From: Nitrospiria bacterium
Lineage (GTDB): Bacteria > Nitrospirota > Nitrospiria > JACQBW01
Reading direction: 5' to 3'
DNA length: 55,043 bases
NCBI GenBank assembly: GCA_041486115.1
Contig: JBGPKT010000002.1
Span: forward strand, 1-55,043
The notes beneath the pieces were generated by a model that did not search any database, was not told the origin of the DNA, and saw only the letters and a program-made list of their open reading frames with translations. The first letter of the stretch is position 1; each line of letters begins with the position of its first letter. Shown here one piece after another: positions 35,004 through 43,620 of the stretch. The position numbers were made by a program, and so were the translations under genes.

Positions 35004-35762
35004 TCAGCGGTTGGATCTGTCTGTTTCTGCGGCTTTGATAAAGGCGCGAATGATTTTCCTCGCGTGAACGTCATTTTGAAAGAGCGATTCGGGATGCCAT
35101 TGAACGCCTATGGCAAAGGGATGATCTGGAAGCTCAATCCCTTCAATGATCCCATCGGGGGAAACGGCGTTAATTTTTAACTGTTTGCCGGGTATTTTTA
35201 CCGCCTGATGATGAGAAGAATTTACCCGGATCTTTTTTTTTCTCAAAATGCGATAGAGGTGCGAATCTTCCATGATATCGACCCAATGGGAAGGCTGAGA
35301 GGTTTTTTCTTTTTGCCTGTGGTGCGTCTTTGTTTGAACCTGCGAGTTAATATCCTGATAAAGCGAGCCCTTCAAGACCACATTGAGCACCTGGGTCCCT
35401 CCGCAGATCCCCAAAATAGGTTTCCGGTGTTTGATGGCCAGACGGCATAAAGCCGTTTCAAAGCGGATCCTCAGAGGGTCCATGAGAGAAAAACGGTATT
35501 TCTGCTTTTCCGCGTAAAGCGAGGGGGGAATATCAGGGCCGCTTCCGGTGAGAAGGAGTCCATCGATTCTGTCGAGAAGGAGCTCTGCGGCTTTTTTCAT
35601 ATCGGTTGCCGGGAGAACCAGGGGGATCCCCCCCATCGCCCAGATGGCGTTCAGATAACGGCTTCTCACGAAACAGGTCGGCTCTTTCCCGCCAAATTCC
35701 GACGGTTTACCGTTGAAATCGGGTGTGACGCCAATGATCGGTTGAAAAGGGCTCTTCTTCAT
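35004..35762 (-). CDS. Class-I glutamine amidotransferase-like / peptidase C26 (gamma-glutamyl hydrolase, PuuD-like)
   Basis: Nucleophile elbow PILGICGGTQVLN, plus SSHHQAV and GVQWHPE. There is no signal peptide. The ATG overlaps the stop of the upstream barrel gene (ATGA). Confidence 0.85.
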   Translation of the reverse strand: MKKSPFQPIIGVTPDFNGKPSEFGGKEPTCFVRSRYLNAIWAMGGIPLVLPATDMKKAAELLLDRIDGLLLTGSGPDIPPSLYAEKQKYRFSLMDPLRIRFETALCRLAIKHRKPILGICGGTQVLNVVLKGSLYQDINSQVQTKTHHRQKEKTSQPSHWVDIMEDSHLYRILRKKKIRVNSSHHQAVKIPGKQLKINAVSPDGIIEGIELPDHPFAIGVQWHPESLFQNDVHARKIIRAFIKAAETDRSNR

Positions 35763-36754
35763 TTGAATGAAATGTCAACTCCGGTTAAAAACCTATTCTC
35801 GGTAAATTCGGAAAAAACTCTATCGTAATCTCTCCGATTCAACTCGTAACTGAGTTTCCATGTCAATGTGGGCGTTATTTTATAAGCGTTTGCAAACAGA
35901 ATATTGTAGATACGGGTATTCACGCCATCATGGAGTCTGTCCAATGGGTCAGCAGTAAAACTCCTGTTCTTACGAATGATTCTGAAACGGAGCGTGTCCC
36001 GATCCGAAAGATGTTGAATGAAAAGAAGGGTGATTCCGGGAGCAGTGTAGCTAAAATCATCAAAAGTCCCAGCAAGCGCGGGGGGAGTGGGAGGCACCAT
36101 GCCCTTTTCAGCCTCGTTGGTTTCATACGACAAGCCTGCCATGATTGTAGTTGCCCTATTCCATTTGATAGTTAAATCGCCTCCGAAGGTCCGGGCGATG
36201 GCCGTCCGATATTCCAGCGGGGCATTGTAATCTTTGTGGGTATATTTAACATAAAGATAAAAGTTCTTATTTTCGGAAAAATTTTTATCAAAAGTCGCTG
36301 TTAGAGCATTTACCCGTAAAGAGCGGCTTGTATCTATTGTGCTAGCGCCAGAGAGTATATCCTCTTCTCCAGCGAACAAAAAAGGAATCAAGGTGTATGT
36401 CAACCCGATGAATGTCTTAGCGTCCATTTTCTGTTCCAGAAGAAGTGAATAGGTCTGAAAATTAATGGCAGAATATTTGTTGTAAATATTATCTGAAATG
36501 AAGAGATCGATTCTTGCCGGATTGGCGTTCAACCCCGGGGTTTTAAATTTTACGGCAACATAAGGCCTGTATATAAAGTCGCCGTTCGTAGAAGGGGTCG
36601 AATTGGGGTTGACGTAAGTGTAGATGACATTGTCGCTGTATATTATATTGAGGCCAGCTTCATATTCAATCCGCGAAGGATTTGCCCCGGATGTTCCCGC
36701 AAAAAAAACCAGTTGGGTCCCTAACAGCACAAAAATAAAAAAGATTTTTTTCAT
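35759..36754 (-). CDS. Predicted outer-membrane beta-barrel protein (hypothetical)
   Basis: Signal peptide MKKIFFIFVLLGTQLVFFAGTSGA. Alternating hydrophobic and Tyr-rich strands occur throughout, and the C-terminus is ...LTGVDISFK. No family recognised by eye. Confidence 0.55.
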   Translation of the reverse strand: MKKIFFIFVLLGTQLVFFAGTSGANPSRIEYEAGLNIIYSDNVIYTYVNPNSTPSTNGDFIYRPYVAVKFKTPGLNANPARIDLFISDNIYNKYSAINFQTYSLLLEQKMDAKTFIGLTYTLIPFLFAGEEDILSGASTIDTSRSLRVNALTATFDKNFSENKNFYLYVKYTHKDYNAPLEYRTAIARTFGGDLTIKWNRATTIMAGLSYETNEAEKGMVPPTPPALAGTFDDFSYTAPGITLLFIQHLSDRDTLRFRIIRKNRSFTADPLDRLHDGVNTRIYNILFANAYKITPTLTWKLSYELNRRDYDRVFSEFTENRFLTGVDISFK

Positions 36755-36782
36755 TTGAGATTCCTTTTTAAAATAATCAGGT

Positions 36783-37442
36783 TTAATTTATTGGCCGCTC
36801 GGAAGCGTCTTTTTTTCTGCTCAGATCTTTAAGGCGGGAGCGAGCTTCTTTCGAGAATTTTCCTTCGGGATCAACCTCCAGATACCTCTTTAACATCGAA
36901 ACGCCTTTTTCATTCTGATCGAGGTCCAGGTATAAGACGCCCAGGTTATAGAGGACTTTTTCGTTTTTAGGATCCTTTTCAAGAACCCATTGATACTGTT
37001 CGAGGGCCTCTTTTTTTAGTCCCTTTGCCAGGAGGGCGTTGCCCAGATTGAGATGGGCGCCGTAGTGGGAGGGGGAGAGGGCGAGGGTCTTTTTATATTC
37101 CTCTATCTCTTCATTAAAAAGTTTCTTGTAATAATAAACAAGGGCAAGGTTATAGTGGGCTTTCGGATCGTCCGGATTCTGGGCGATAACTTTCTGCAAT
37201 TCTTGAAAAGCCTCATCATAATTTTTCCGCCTCAGGTAGGCAACCGCCAGATTATTCCTGGTTTTTGTATCCTGTGGGTTTTTCTGGAGATGTTCCTTGA
37301 AGTAAAGAACCGCGTTCTGCGTATCTCCCTGTTCCAGAGCATCATGCCCTTTTTCCGAAAACGAAACGGTCGAACATCCATCCGCCGTCGTTAAAAGCGC
37401 CAAAAAACCAAACAGACTAAACAGCCGGTTGAAAGTTTTCAT
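36783..37442 (-). CDS. Secreted TPR-repeat protein
   Basis: Signal peptide, then at least five canonical TPR units (AVLYFKEHLQKNPQD, NLAVAYLRRKNYDEAFQELQKVIAQNPDD, HYNLALVYYYKKLFNEEIEEY...). Confidence 0.8.
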   Translation of the reverse strand: MKTFNRLFSLFGFLALLTTADGCSTVSFSEKGHDALEQGDTQNAVLYFKEHLQKNPQDTKTRNNLAVAYLRRKNYDEAFQELQKVIAQNPDDPKAHYNLALVYYYKKLFNEEIEEYKKTLALSPSHYGAHLNLGNALLAKGLKKEALEQYQWVLEKDPKNEKVLYNLGVLYLDLDQNEKGVSMLKRYLEVDPEGKFSKEARSRLKDLSRKKDASERPIN

Positions 37443-37452
37443 CGTTACCCCT

Positions 37453-38388
37453 TTACTTTTCTTTTTGTTTGATTTGAAGCTCTATCTTCTTAATCTGCTG
37501 TTCCAGCGTATGAAGGGCCCCTTTATATCGAAAGATTTGATTGTCGATGATTTTATCGGTTTTTTCCAGTTTTAAGAGTTCCTGTTCTAACGTTTCCCTT
37601 TGAAGGGGAGCGCTGTTTTCCCCCCGTTCGAGGAGCCCGGGATACTTGATCAGGTTTATACGGATCTTGATCTCTTCCTGGATCCGATTTTTGTTTTCCT
37701 GAAGCGATTTGATTTCTTTGATAAAAGTTTCAACATCGTTTCTCGCAAAATCGGCCAATTCTCTGAGTTGATCCGGCGTCTCTTTCCCCGCCAGCAGGGC
37801 GTTTACATTTAAAGGACGGGATATTATTTTAGGACGCGCCGGGGGGGCCGTTTGATATTGTTTTTGTTCTTCCATTAATTGAAGAGCCTCTTGATAATGG
37901 CCGTTGGCCTCTGCTTCATTTCCCTTGGAAAACGCCTCCTGTGCCAGCATAATTTCCCGTCGGATTTCATTTTCCATCTGTGTTCCTAATTTTCGATTTG
38001 TTTCAAGCAGTTCGTCGTGGATCAAGGTTTCTCTTTTATCGATTTCCTGTCTTGCTTCCAGGACCGATCGCAAGGCTTTAAGGCCATTTTCAATTCTCAG
38101 GTTGAGTAAAAGACTCGGTTTTGATTGAGCCTTCATTTTAAGATCCCGGATATGTTCCGTAAGACGGTTTTCTTGACGTTCAAGGGCTTCCCGCTCTTTT
38201 TCTTCAGCGCCGATTTGATGATTCAATTCCGCGAGGGTGTTTTTGAGGTCCCGAATATCTTCAGACAAAGGATAGGCTGCGGACTCCATGAACAGAAACA
38301 TAAAGCATAAGAAAAGGGTTCTGTAAACTCCCGTCTGGAAAACGCGGACATGAAAACTGAAAAGGGGGCGGCTAGGAGAGGAGTCCAT
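37453..38388 (-). CDS. Secreted or membrane-anchored long coiled-coil protein (hypothetical)
   Basis: Hydrophobic N-terminus (VYRTLFLCFMFLFMESAA), then about 270 aa of heptad-like charged helices. The ATG overlaps the response-regulator 3' end by 17 nt. Confidence 0.55.
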   Translation of the reverse strand: MDSSPSRPLFSFHVRVFQTGVYRTLFLCFMFLFMESAAYPLSEDIRDLKNTLAELNHQIGAEEKEREALERQENRLTEHIRDLKMKAQSKPSLLLNLRIENGLKALRSVLEARQEIDKRETLIHDELLETNRKLGTQMENEIRREIMLAQEAFSKGNEAEANGHYQEALQLMEEQKQYQTAPPARPKIISRPLNVNALLAGKETPDQLRELADFARNDVETFIKEIKSLQENKNRIQEEIKIRINLIKYPGLLERGENSAPLQRETLEQELLKLEKTDKIIDNQIFRYKGALHTLEQQIKKIELQIKQKEK

Positions 38389-39724
38389 ATTTTCTCATTT
38401 TGTATTGCAGAGAGCTTCGTTTAAGTCCGAGCGCTTTGGCTGTTTTGGTCTGGTTCCAATGGTTTTCATCAAGTGTTTTCTTTAAAATATCGAGTTCCAT
38501 GTGATCGATCTGCTCCGGAAGATTGACCGCGGAATCAGGCAGGCTCAATTCTCTAACGACAGGACCTTCCTGGATCATTTCAGACGGAATGTCGGATAAC
38601 TGAATGAGTTCTCCTTCAGACAATACAACCGCTCTTTCGATCACATTTTCAAGCTCTCGGATATTCCCCGGCCAGCGGTATTTTTTGAAAACCGCCAGGA
38701 CCTCGGGAGCCAGACGGTTCTTTTTATGGAGTTCATTATTGTATTTTTGCAGAAAATGTCCGGCGAGGCTGTAGATATCTCCCTGGCGCTCCCGTAACGG
38801 AGGCAGGGTGACGGTGACCACATTTAAACGGTAATAAAGGTCATCCCTGAACCGCTTTTCCGCAACTTCTTTCTTGATGTCCCGATTTGTGGCCGCGATG
38901 ATTCGGACATCGACCTTAAATGTTTTGGTTCCGCCGACCCGCTCAAATTCTTTTTCCTGCAGGAATCTCAGAAGTTTGACCTGAATCGCCTGGCTGATTT
39001 CGCCGATTTCATCGAGAAAAAGAGTCCCCCCGTCGGCCAGTTCGAACCTTCCTCTCTTTTGAAAAGCCGCTCCGGTAAAGGCCCCTTTTTCGTGGCCGAA
39101 CAACTCGCTTTCCAGAAGCGTTTCCGCCAAAGCCGCGCAGTTGACCGCAATAAACGGCTGGGAGATCCTTAAGCTCCTTTTATGAATTTCTCTGGCGACA
39201 ACCTCTTTTCCGGTGCCGCTTTCTCCCAGAATCAGAACCGAAGTGGTTTGAGGGGCGACTTTCTCAATGATTCTGAAAACCTTCTGAATGCTCTCCTCTG
39301 TCCCGATCATACTCCCGAAATTACCCAGGGATTCTTTGAGATACATGTTTTCATTGACGAGGTTTTTGGTTTGAAGCGCTTTTTCCACTTTAATTTCAAT
39401 CTCGTTGAGGGAAAAAGGCTTGAGGACATAATCAAACGCCCCCAGCCGCATGGCTTCAACGGCGGTTTCCACGGTGCCAAAAGCGCTCATGACGATGACC
39501 GCCGTGTCGGGAGACTTTTCCTTTGCAGCTTTTAATACATCCAGACCGTCTTTTTTCGGCATTTTCAGATCTGTCAGCACAACATCAAAAAATTCTTCAT
39601 CGATTTTTTTCAGCGCTTCCTCTCCGTCCTGGCATTCGGTGACGGCATAACGCTTTTCTGAAAAAACCTCCATCAGCATTTTTCTCATCGAGTCTTTATC
39701 TTCAACTAGCAATATTTTTTTCAC
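38372..39724 (-). CDS. Sigma54-dependent response regulator (NtrC/AtoC family)
   Basis: Receiver domain (ILLVEDKDSMR...DVVLTDLKMPKKDG), AAA+ domain with Walker A GESGTGKE and the GAFTGA loop, and a C-terminal Fis-type HTH (NQTKTAKALGLKRSSLQYKMRKYGL). Confidence 0.93.
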   Translation of the reverse strand: MKKILLVEDKDSMRKMLMEVFSEKRYAVTECQDGEEALKKIDEEFFDVVLTDLKMPKKDGLDVLKAAKEKSPDTAVIVMSAFGTVETAVEAMRLGAFDYVLKPFSLNEIEIKVEKALQTKNLVNENMYLKESLGNFGSMIGTEESIQKVFRIIEKVAPQTTSVLILGESGTGKEVVAREIHKRSLRISQPFIAVNCAALAETLLESELFGHEKGAFTGAAFQKRGRFELADGGTLFLDEIGEISQAIQVKLLRFLQEKEFERVGGTKTFKVDVRIIAATNRDIKKEVAEKRFRDDLYYRLNVVTVTLPPLRERQGDIYSLAGHFLQKYNNELHKKNRLAPEVLAVFKKYRWPGNIRELENVIERAVVLSEGELIQLSDIPSEMIQEGPVVRELSLPDSAVNLPEQIDHMELDILKKTLDENHWNQTKTAKALGLKRSSLQYKMRKYGLLS

Positions 39725-41622
39725 GTTTTTTCTCCACCGCTAAAAGGGATCGTAATCAAAAAAGTCGTTCCTTTGTCAGCCTGGCTGGTAAATGAGAGCG
39801 TTCCGTGATGGCCCGCGATGATTTTATGAGCGATGGCCAGCCCGAGGCCTGTTCCTGTTTCTTTGGTCGTAAAAAAGGGATTAAATATCCTGGATTTGAC
39901 AGCTTCCGGTATTCCCGATCCTGTATCGGATATCAGAATAGCACAGGCGCCGTCCCTGGTTTCAACGGTCAGGGCGAGTTCCCCTCCCTTCGGCATGGCT
40001 TCAATGGCATTGAGAAGAAAATTCAGGAGGGCCTTTTTAAACTCATTCTCGTCCAGCTCAATCAATGGAAAATCAGGGGGAATGGAAATTTTAATGTGGA
40101 TCGGGATTGTTTTATACGCCGCGCAGGCCATATCCGCTGTTTTTTGAAGAAGAGGCCCGAGCGCGATCTTCTTTTTGTTCAATCTGGGCTCTCTGGCAAA
40201 GGCAAGAAAATCAGTCACGATCCGGTTCAGGATTTTAACTTCTTCGATGATATTTCGCGTTAGATCCTTTGATTTTTCATCCTCCATTTTCCGCTCGAGA
40301 AATTCGGCATTTAGCTCGATTGCGCCAAGGGGATTCCGAATTTCATGGGCCACCTGGGCAGACATTTCCCCCAATGCGGCCAATCTTTCCTTGATTTTGA
40401 TCTCTTCCTGCAGTTTTTTGAAATGGGTCAGATCGATAAAAATGACCGATCCCCCCACAAATTCATTTTCCTTTTCGTAAAGAGGCGCCGAATTGACTTG
40501 AAGCCATTTATGGGTCCCTTTAGGGGTGACAAAGGGGATTTCGATCGCGCCGCTTTCTTTTTGGCCGGTGACGGTTTCCACAAGGATCTGGCTCAGTCTG
40601 TTTTCATCTCCACCGAGAACGGAAAGGCAGGGTTTCCCCCTGCTCTCCAGGGCAGGGATTTCCAATATCCGCCCGGCTGCGGAATTGAAAGTGGTTACGG
40701 TGAGGCCCCGGTCGACTCCGATGACCCCTGTTGAAATGCTCTCCAGAATATATTTATTATAATTTTCAAAGGTATTCGCCCTGACCTGTTCCTTATGATA
40801 CATCTCCTTGAGCAGAGCGTCTTTTTCGCTGATGTTGTCAATCATTTGGTTGAAACAGTTGCTCAGGAAGCCTATTTCATCACGGGTGGTCACGGGGACT
40901 TTTGAATAGGACTGATCCTGTCCCAGCCGGTCCATCGCCGAGACCAGCTGTTTGATCGGGTTAATGATTGATCTGGAAATCAGCCAGCTGACGAATATGA
41001 TGAAGATGAAAATGAGGAGGGCGGGCAAAAGGATGTTTTTTTTGAATTTCGTTACGATTTCCAAAAAGTCGGCTCCTGCCTCCACGCCGACGGCTGCGAT
41101 AATTTGTCCCTCTTCATTATAAATCGGAGCATACCCCGATTTATAAAATTTCCCGTCATTCCCTTTGTAGAGGATGGACGAAGTGGTTTTTCCTTTCCAG
41201 ACCTCGTCGAGTTCGGTCAGGTCTAGTTTCAAAAAAAGATAAAACTGTCCGATCGGGACCTCTTCGTCTGCATCAATAATGACCCGGTTTTCACGATCGA
41301 AAATAAAAATGTCTTTGACATGCGATTTCGCCTGGATTTTCCTTAATAATGCCAGAAGATAGTTGAAAAGGTAGGAATGCTCGTCCCCGGGATGAATTTT
41401 ATTGAGATAGGAGGGGGGGACTGTTGCCGCGACGATTTCCGAGATCCCCAGCAGTCTCCCGGATAGTTCTTCATCCAGAACTCTTTGAATATGATAAAAG
41501 AGAATTCCTCCACCAATAAAAAAAACCGCTCCGATCATCACCGAGTAAGAAATGATAAATTTGACAAGAAGGCTTCTTTTGGGTGCGGGAAGGACTTTTG
41601 GCGAATCCGGATTTTTTTCCAT
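39721..41622 (-). CDS. Sensor histidine kinase (periplasmic Cache-like domain, HAMP, PAS, HisKA, HATPase)
   Basis: Two TM segments flank a periplasmic domain of about 170 aa. HAMP (INPIKQLVSAMDRL...DEIGFLSNCFNQMI) and a PAS-like region follow. The H-box is MSAQVAHEIRNPLGAI and the N/G boxes are LLNAIEAMP and DTGSGIP...GTGLGL. It overlaps the regulator gene by 4 nt. Confidence 0.92.
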   Translation of the reverse strand: MEKNPDSPKVLPAPKRSLLVKFIISYSVMIGAVFFIGGGILFYHIQRVLDEELSGRLLGISEIVAATVPPSYLNKIHPGDEHSYLFNYLLALLRKIQAKSHVKDIFIFDRENRVIIDADEEVPIGQFYLFLKLDLTELDEVWKGKTTSSILYKGNDGKFYKSGYAPIYNEEGQIIAAVGVEAGADFLEIVTKFKKNILLPALLIFIFIIFVSWLISRSIINPIKQLVSAMDRLGQDQSYSKVPVTTRDEIGFLSNCFNQMIDNISEKDALLKEMYHKEQVRANTFENYNKYILESISTGVIGVDRGLTVTTFNSAAGRILEIPALESRGKPCLSVLGGDENRLSQILVETVTGQKESGAIEIPFVTPKGTHKWLQVNSAPLYEKENEFVGGSVIFIDLTHFKKLQEEIKIKERLAALGEMSAQVAHEIRNPLGAIELNAEFLERKMEDEKSKDLTRNIIEEVKILNRIVTDFLAFAREPRLNKKKIALGPLLQKTADMACAAYKTIPIHIKISIPPDFPLIELDENEFKKALLNFLLNAIEAMPKGGELALTVETRDGACAILISDTGSGIPEAVKSRIFNPFFTTKETGTGLGLAIAHKIIAGHHGTLSFTSQADKGTTFLITIPFSGGEKT

Positions 41623-41681
41623 GTATCGTTTTATCTTAGTATTGTTTTATCTTTAAAAGAGCGGTCTGAAAACTATTATTA

Positions 41682-41697
41682 CGCAATAAACGTACCA
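41682..41697 (-). promoter_or_regulatory. Sigma54 (-24/-12) promoter upstream of the histidine kinase operon
   Basis: The minus strand reads TGGTACGTTTATTGCG (GG-N10-GC). It lies about 60 nt upstream of the kinase ATG (41622), in an AT-rich leader. Confidence 0.65.
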
Positions 41698-41827
41698 GTT
41701 CAGATAATATCATAAGTGATTCATATTATTTATAAAAATAAATTTTTTGATAAGAGCCTTGGGATAATCCGTATCAACTGCCAGAAATGTGGCGCTCCCT
41801 TTAAAAAAAATCTCCCCTTATCCCCCG

Positions 41828-42017
41828 AGAACAGAGATAGGAAGTTTTCATTGCGAGTCCTTCACCTGTCATTCTGAGGCGAAGCCGAAGAATCTCAGGT
41901 TTGTTCAGGGTAAACTCCGCGAAGCAATCTCGCCATCTTGAACCGAGATCGCCGCGCACCCGATGGATGCTCGCGATGACAGGCAAAACAAGGAGTTGCA
42001 AATCCTATCTCTTTTAG
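41828..42017. repeat. MITE-like palindromic element, copy A (carries a nested 63-nt insertion)
   Basis: It shares the left terminus AGAACAGAGATAGGAAG, the internal hairpin arms CATTGCGAG ... CTCGCGATGAC, and the right part GAAGCAATCTCG.CATCTTGAACCGAGATCGCC...GACAGGCAAAACAAGGAGTTGCAAATCCTATC with copy B. The right terminal repeat is partly degraded. Confidence 0.75.
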
Positions 42018-42068
42018 GGTCCACCGTCCAGTTTGACTTTGAGTTCGGGATTGGTCTAAACTAAAACC

Positions 42069-42344
42069 ATGATTTTAAGTGAAGATAGAGTCTCCTCTTT
42101 AACCCATCAAATACTGGAAAGTTTAATCGAAAAAAAGTGGGCGACCCTTCTCGAAGAAGAGCCAAGAGTCCTCAGAGAGATTAAAAAGATTATATCTGCC
42201 GAATTGAAACTCAGCGAAGAAATTGACCAGATGATACGCCAAAAAATCTTTTCTTACAGCCGCCGTCCTGTGGAAGGAAGCTCCGAATGGGAGGTCCTTT
42301 ACAAGAAGTTTTTTATTGAGGAGCTGGCAAAACGGCAGAGATGA
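42069..42344 (+). CDS. Small DUF507-like protein
   Basis: 91 aa MILSEDRVSSLTHQILESLIEKKW...YSRRPVEGSSEWEVLYKKFFIEELAKR. The family assignment is from memory of the EGSxEW..LY.K motif. Confidence 0.5.
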   Translation: MILSEDRVSSLTHQILESLIEKKWATLLEEEPRVLREIKKIISAELKLSEEIDQMIRQKIFSYSRRPVEGSSEWEVLYKKFFIEELAKRQR

Positions 42345-42817
42345 TCCTGGAATTCCGGCTCCATCATATCGCCATTCAAACCCGGGACATGGAAAAATCC
42401 AGCTATTTCTACGGGGTTGTTTTAGGTTTAAAAGTTATCAAAAAAGAGGTCAGTCCGAAAGGGAGGGCCATTGTCTGGTTCATGGCCGGAAAAGGACGGA
42501 TTGAACTTTATGGAGGAAAACCTTCGCAACCGTTAAATCGGGGTTGGAACGAAAATAGCGTTGGGCCGGTGTCCCTCGGTTTTCTTGTGGCCAGTATTGA
42601 TCGGACCGTTCAGGCGTTAAAGGACCAGGGCGTTCCTGTGCTCAAAGAGCCCTATGAGCCTGTTCCGGGGGAACGGGCGGCCATGATTTCCGGGCCCGAC
42701 GGAGAAGAGATAGTTTTATTGGAGAAGCCGGTTGAGAACGAGGTTTTGCCTGGACGAGACCTGGAGATTGGGGCCGATAAGAGCGGGGCAAACAGGCCTC
42801 CGGAAAAAATCATATGA
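42341..42817 (+). CDS. VOC (glyoxalase/bleomycin resistance/dioxygenase) family protein
   Basis: LHHIAIQTRDMEKSSYFYGVVLGLKV N-terminal beta-alpha-beta-beta-beta module, with a C-terminal GPDGEEIVLLE. The start overlaps the upstream stop. Confidence 0.8.
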   Translation: MILEFRLHHIAIQTRDMEKSSYFYGVVLGLKVIKKEVSPKGRAIVWFMAGKGRIELYGGKPSQPLNRGWNENSVGPVSLGFLVASIDRTVQALKDQGVPVLKEPYEPVPGERAAMISGPDGEEIVLLEKPVENEVLPGRDLEIGADKSGANRPPEKII

Positions 42818-43605
42818 TTAAAAAGCCTCGTATCGGCATTGCCTTAAGCGGAGGAGCCGCCAGGTGCATTGCCCATATCGGCGTATTGGAAGTTCTGGAA
42901 TCAGAAGGGATAGGCATCGATCTGATTGCGGGGACCAGCGGAGGAGCGGTTGTGGGGGCTCTTTATGCCGCGGGATTCAGCATCCATAAAATAACTGAAA
43001 TGGCGCTTCAACTTTCCTGGAGAGAAGTGGTGAAGCCTGTTTTCTCCAGGGGCGGGTTGATCTCCAGCAAGAATCTTCTCCGGTATCTTTCAAAGCATCT
43101 GGGGGCCATCCAGTTCAAAGATCTCAAAATTCCTTTAGCGGTTGTGGCGTCCGACTTAAGAACAGGAGATAAAGTGGTGATCACCGAGGGATCTGTTCCC
43201 GAAGCGGTCATGGCAAGCTGTTCTCTCCCGGTGATCTTTTCTCCCGTTCATCAACATGGCAAAATTCTGGTTGACGGTGGCATCGCCAGCAATCTTCCGG
43301 TTTTAACGCTGATTGAAAATATGGGGGCCACCCTGACGTTAGCCGTGGATGTCAACGACCGGGCAAGGGACCTGTCCAAGCTGAACAACCTGATCCAGAT
43401 CGGGATCCATACCGTTACCCTCTTCGCCAAAAAAAATGCCGCGGTGGAAAAAAGGTTTGCCGATATCGTCATGAATGTGGACGCCTCCGGAGTTTCTCTG
43501 ATCGATCTAAAAAAAGGAGCGCTCATGATCAAACGGGGGAGGGCCGCCGCCGAAAAGCAGATCCCTCATATCAAGAAAGCCCTGAAAGAATTTTCTTATT
43601 TCTAA
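42814..43605 (+). CDS. Patatin-like phospholipase family protein (RssA-like)
   Basis: GIALSGGAARCIAHIGVLEVL, nucleophile IAGTSGGAVVGA, and catalytic Asp context LVDGGIASNLP. Confidence 0.88.
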   Translation: MIKKPRIGIALSGGAARCIAHIGVLEVLESEGIGIDLIAGTSGGAVVGALYAAGFSIHKITEMALQLSWREVVKPVFSRGGLISSKNLLRYLSKHLGAIQFKDLKIPLAVVASDLRTGDKVVITEGSVPEAVMASCSLPVIFSPVHQHGKILVDGGIASNLPVLTLIENMGATLTLAVDVNDRARDLSKLNNLIQIGIHTVTLFAKKNAAVEKRFADIVMNVDASGVSLIDLKKGALMIKRGRAAAEKQIPHIKKALKEFSYF

Positions 43606-43620
43606 CCGGAGCAGAGACCG

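Noticed and set aside
34620-35074. Several overlapping ORFs in the 34793-35003 intergenic region, and ORF 2722-3078.
   Set aside because: They run through the REP-like repeat and adjacent non-coding DNA or opposite a real gene. They are Pro/Gly/Arg-rich, without start-site signals.
35004-41622. Interpretation of the kinase / sigma54 regulator / TPR genes as the PEP-CTERM PrsK/PrsR/PrsT system.
   Set aside because: The kinase has a Cache-HAMP-PAS architecture rather than the multi-TM PrsK type, and the TPR protein is far smaller than PrsT. No exosortase or PEP-CTERM proteins are visible in the window. It is kept only as a loose analogy.
41716-41877. Possible 53-aa ORF (GTG start) containing INCQKCGAPF, which looks like half a zinc ribbon.
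   Set aside because: It has only one CxxC. The N-terminal half lies in very AT-rich promoter-like DNA, there is no SD, and the C-terminal half is encoded by the MITE-like repeat.
41801-42001. ORF-track peptides MQLLVLPVIAS... at 41801-42001 and 48547-48840, and the small ORFs at 48627-48818.
   Set aside because: They are translations of the two MITE-like repeat copies. Their similarity is nucleotide-level repeat identity, not a conserved protein.
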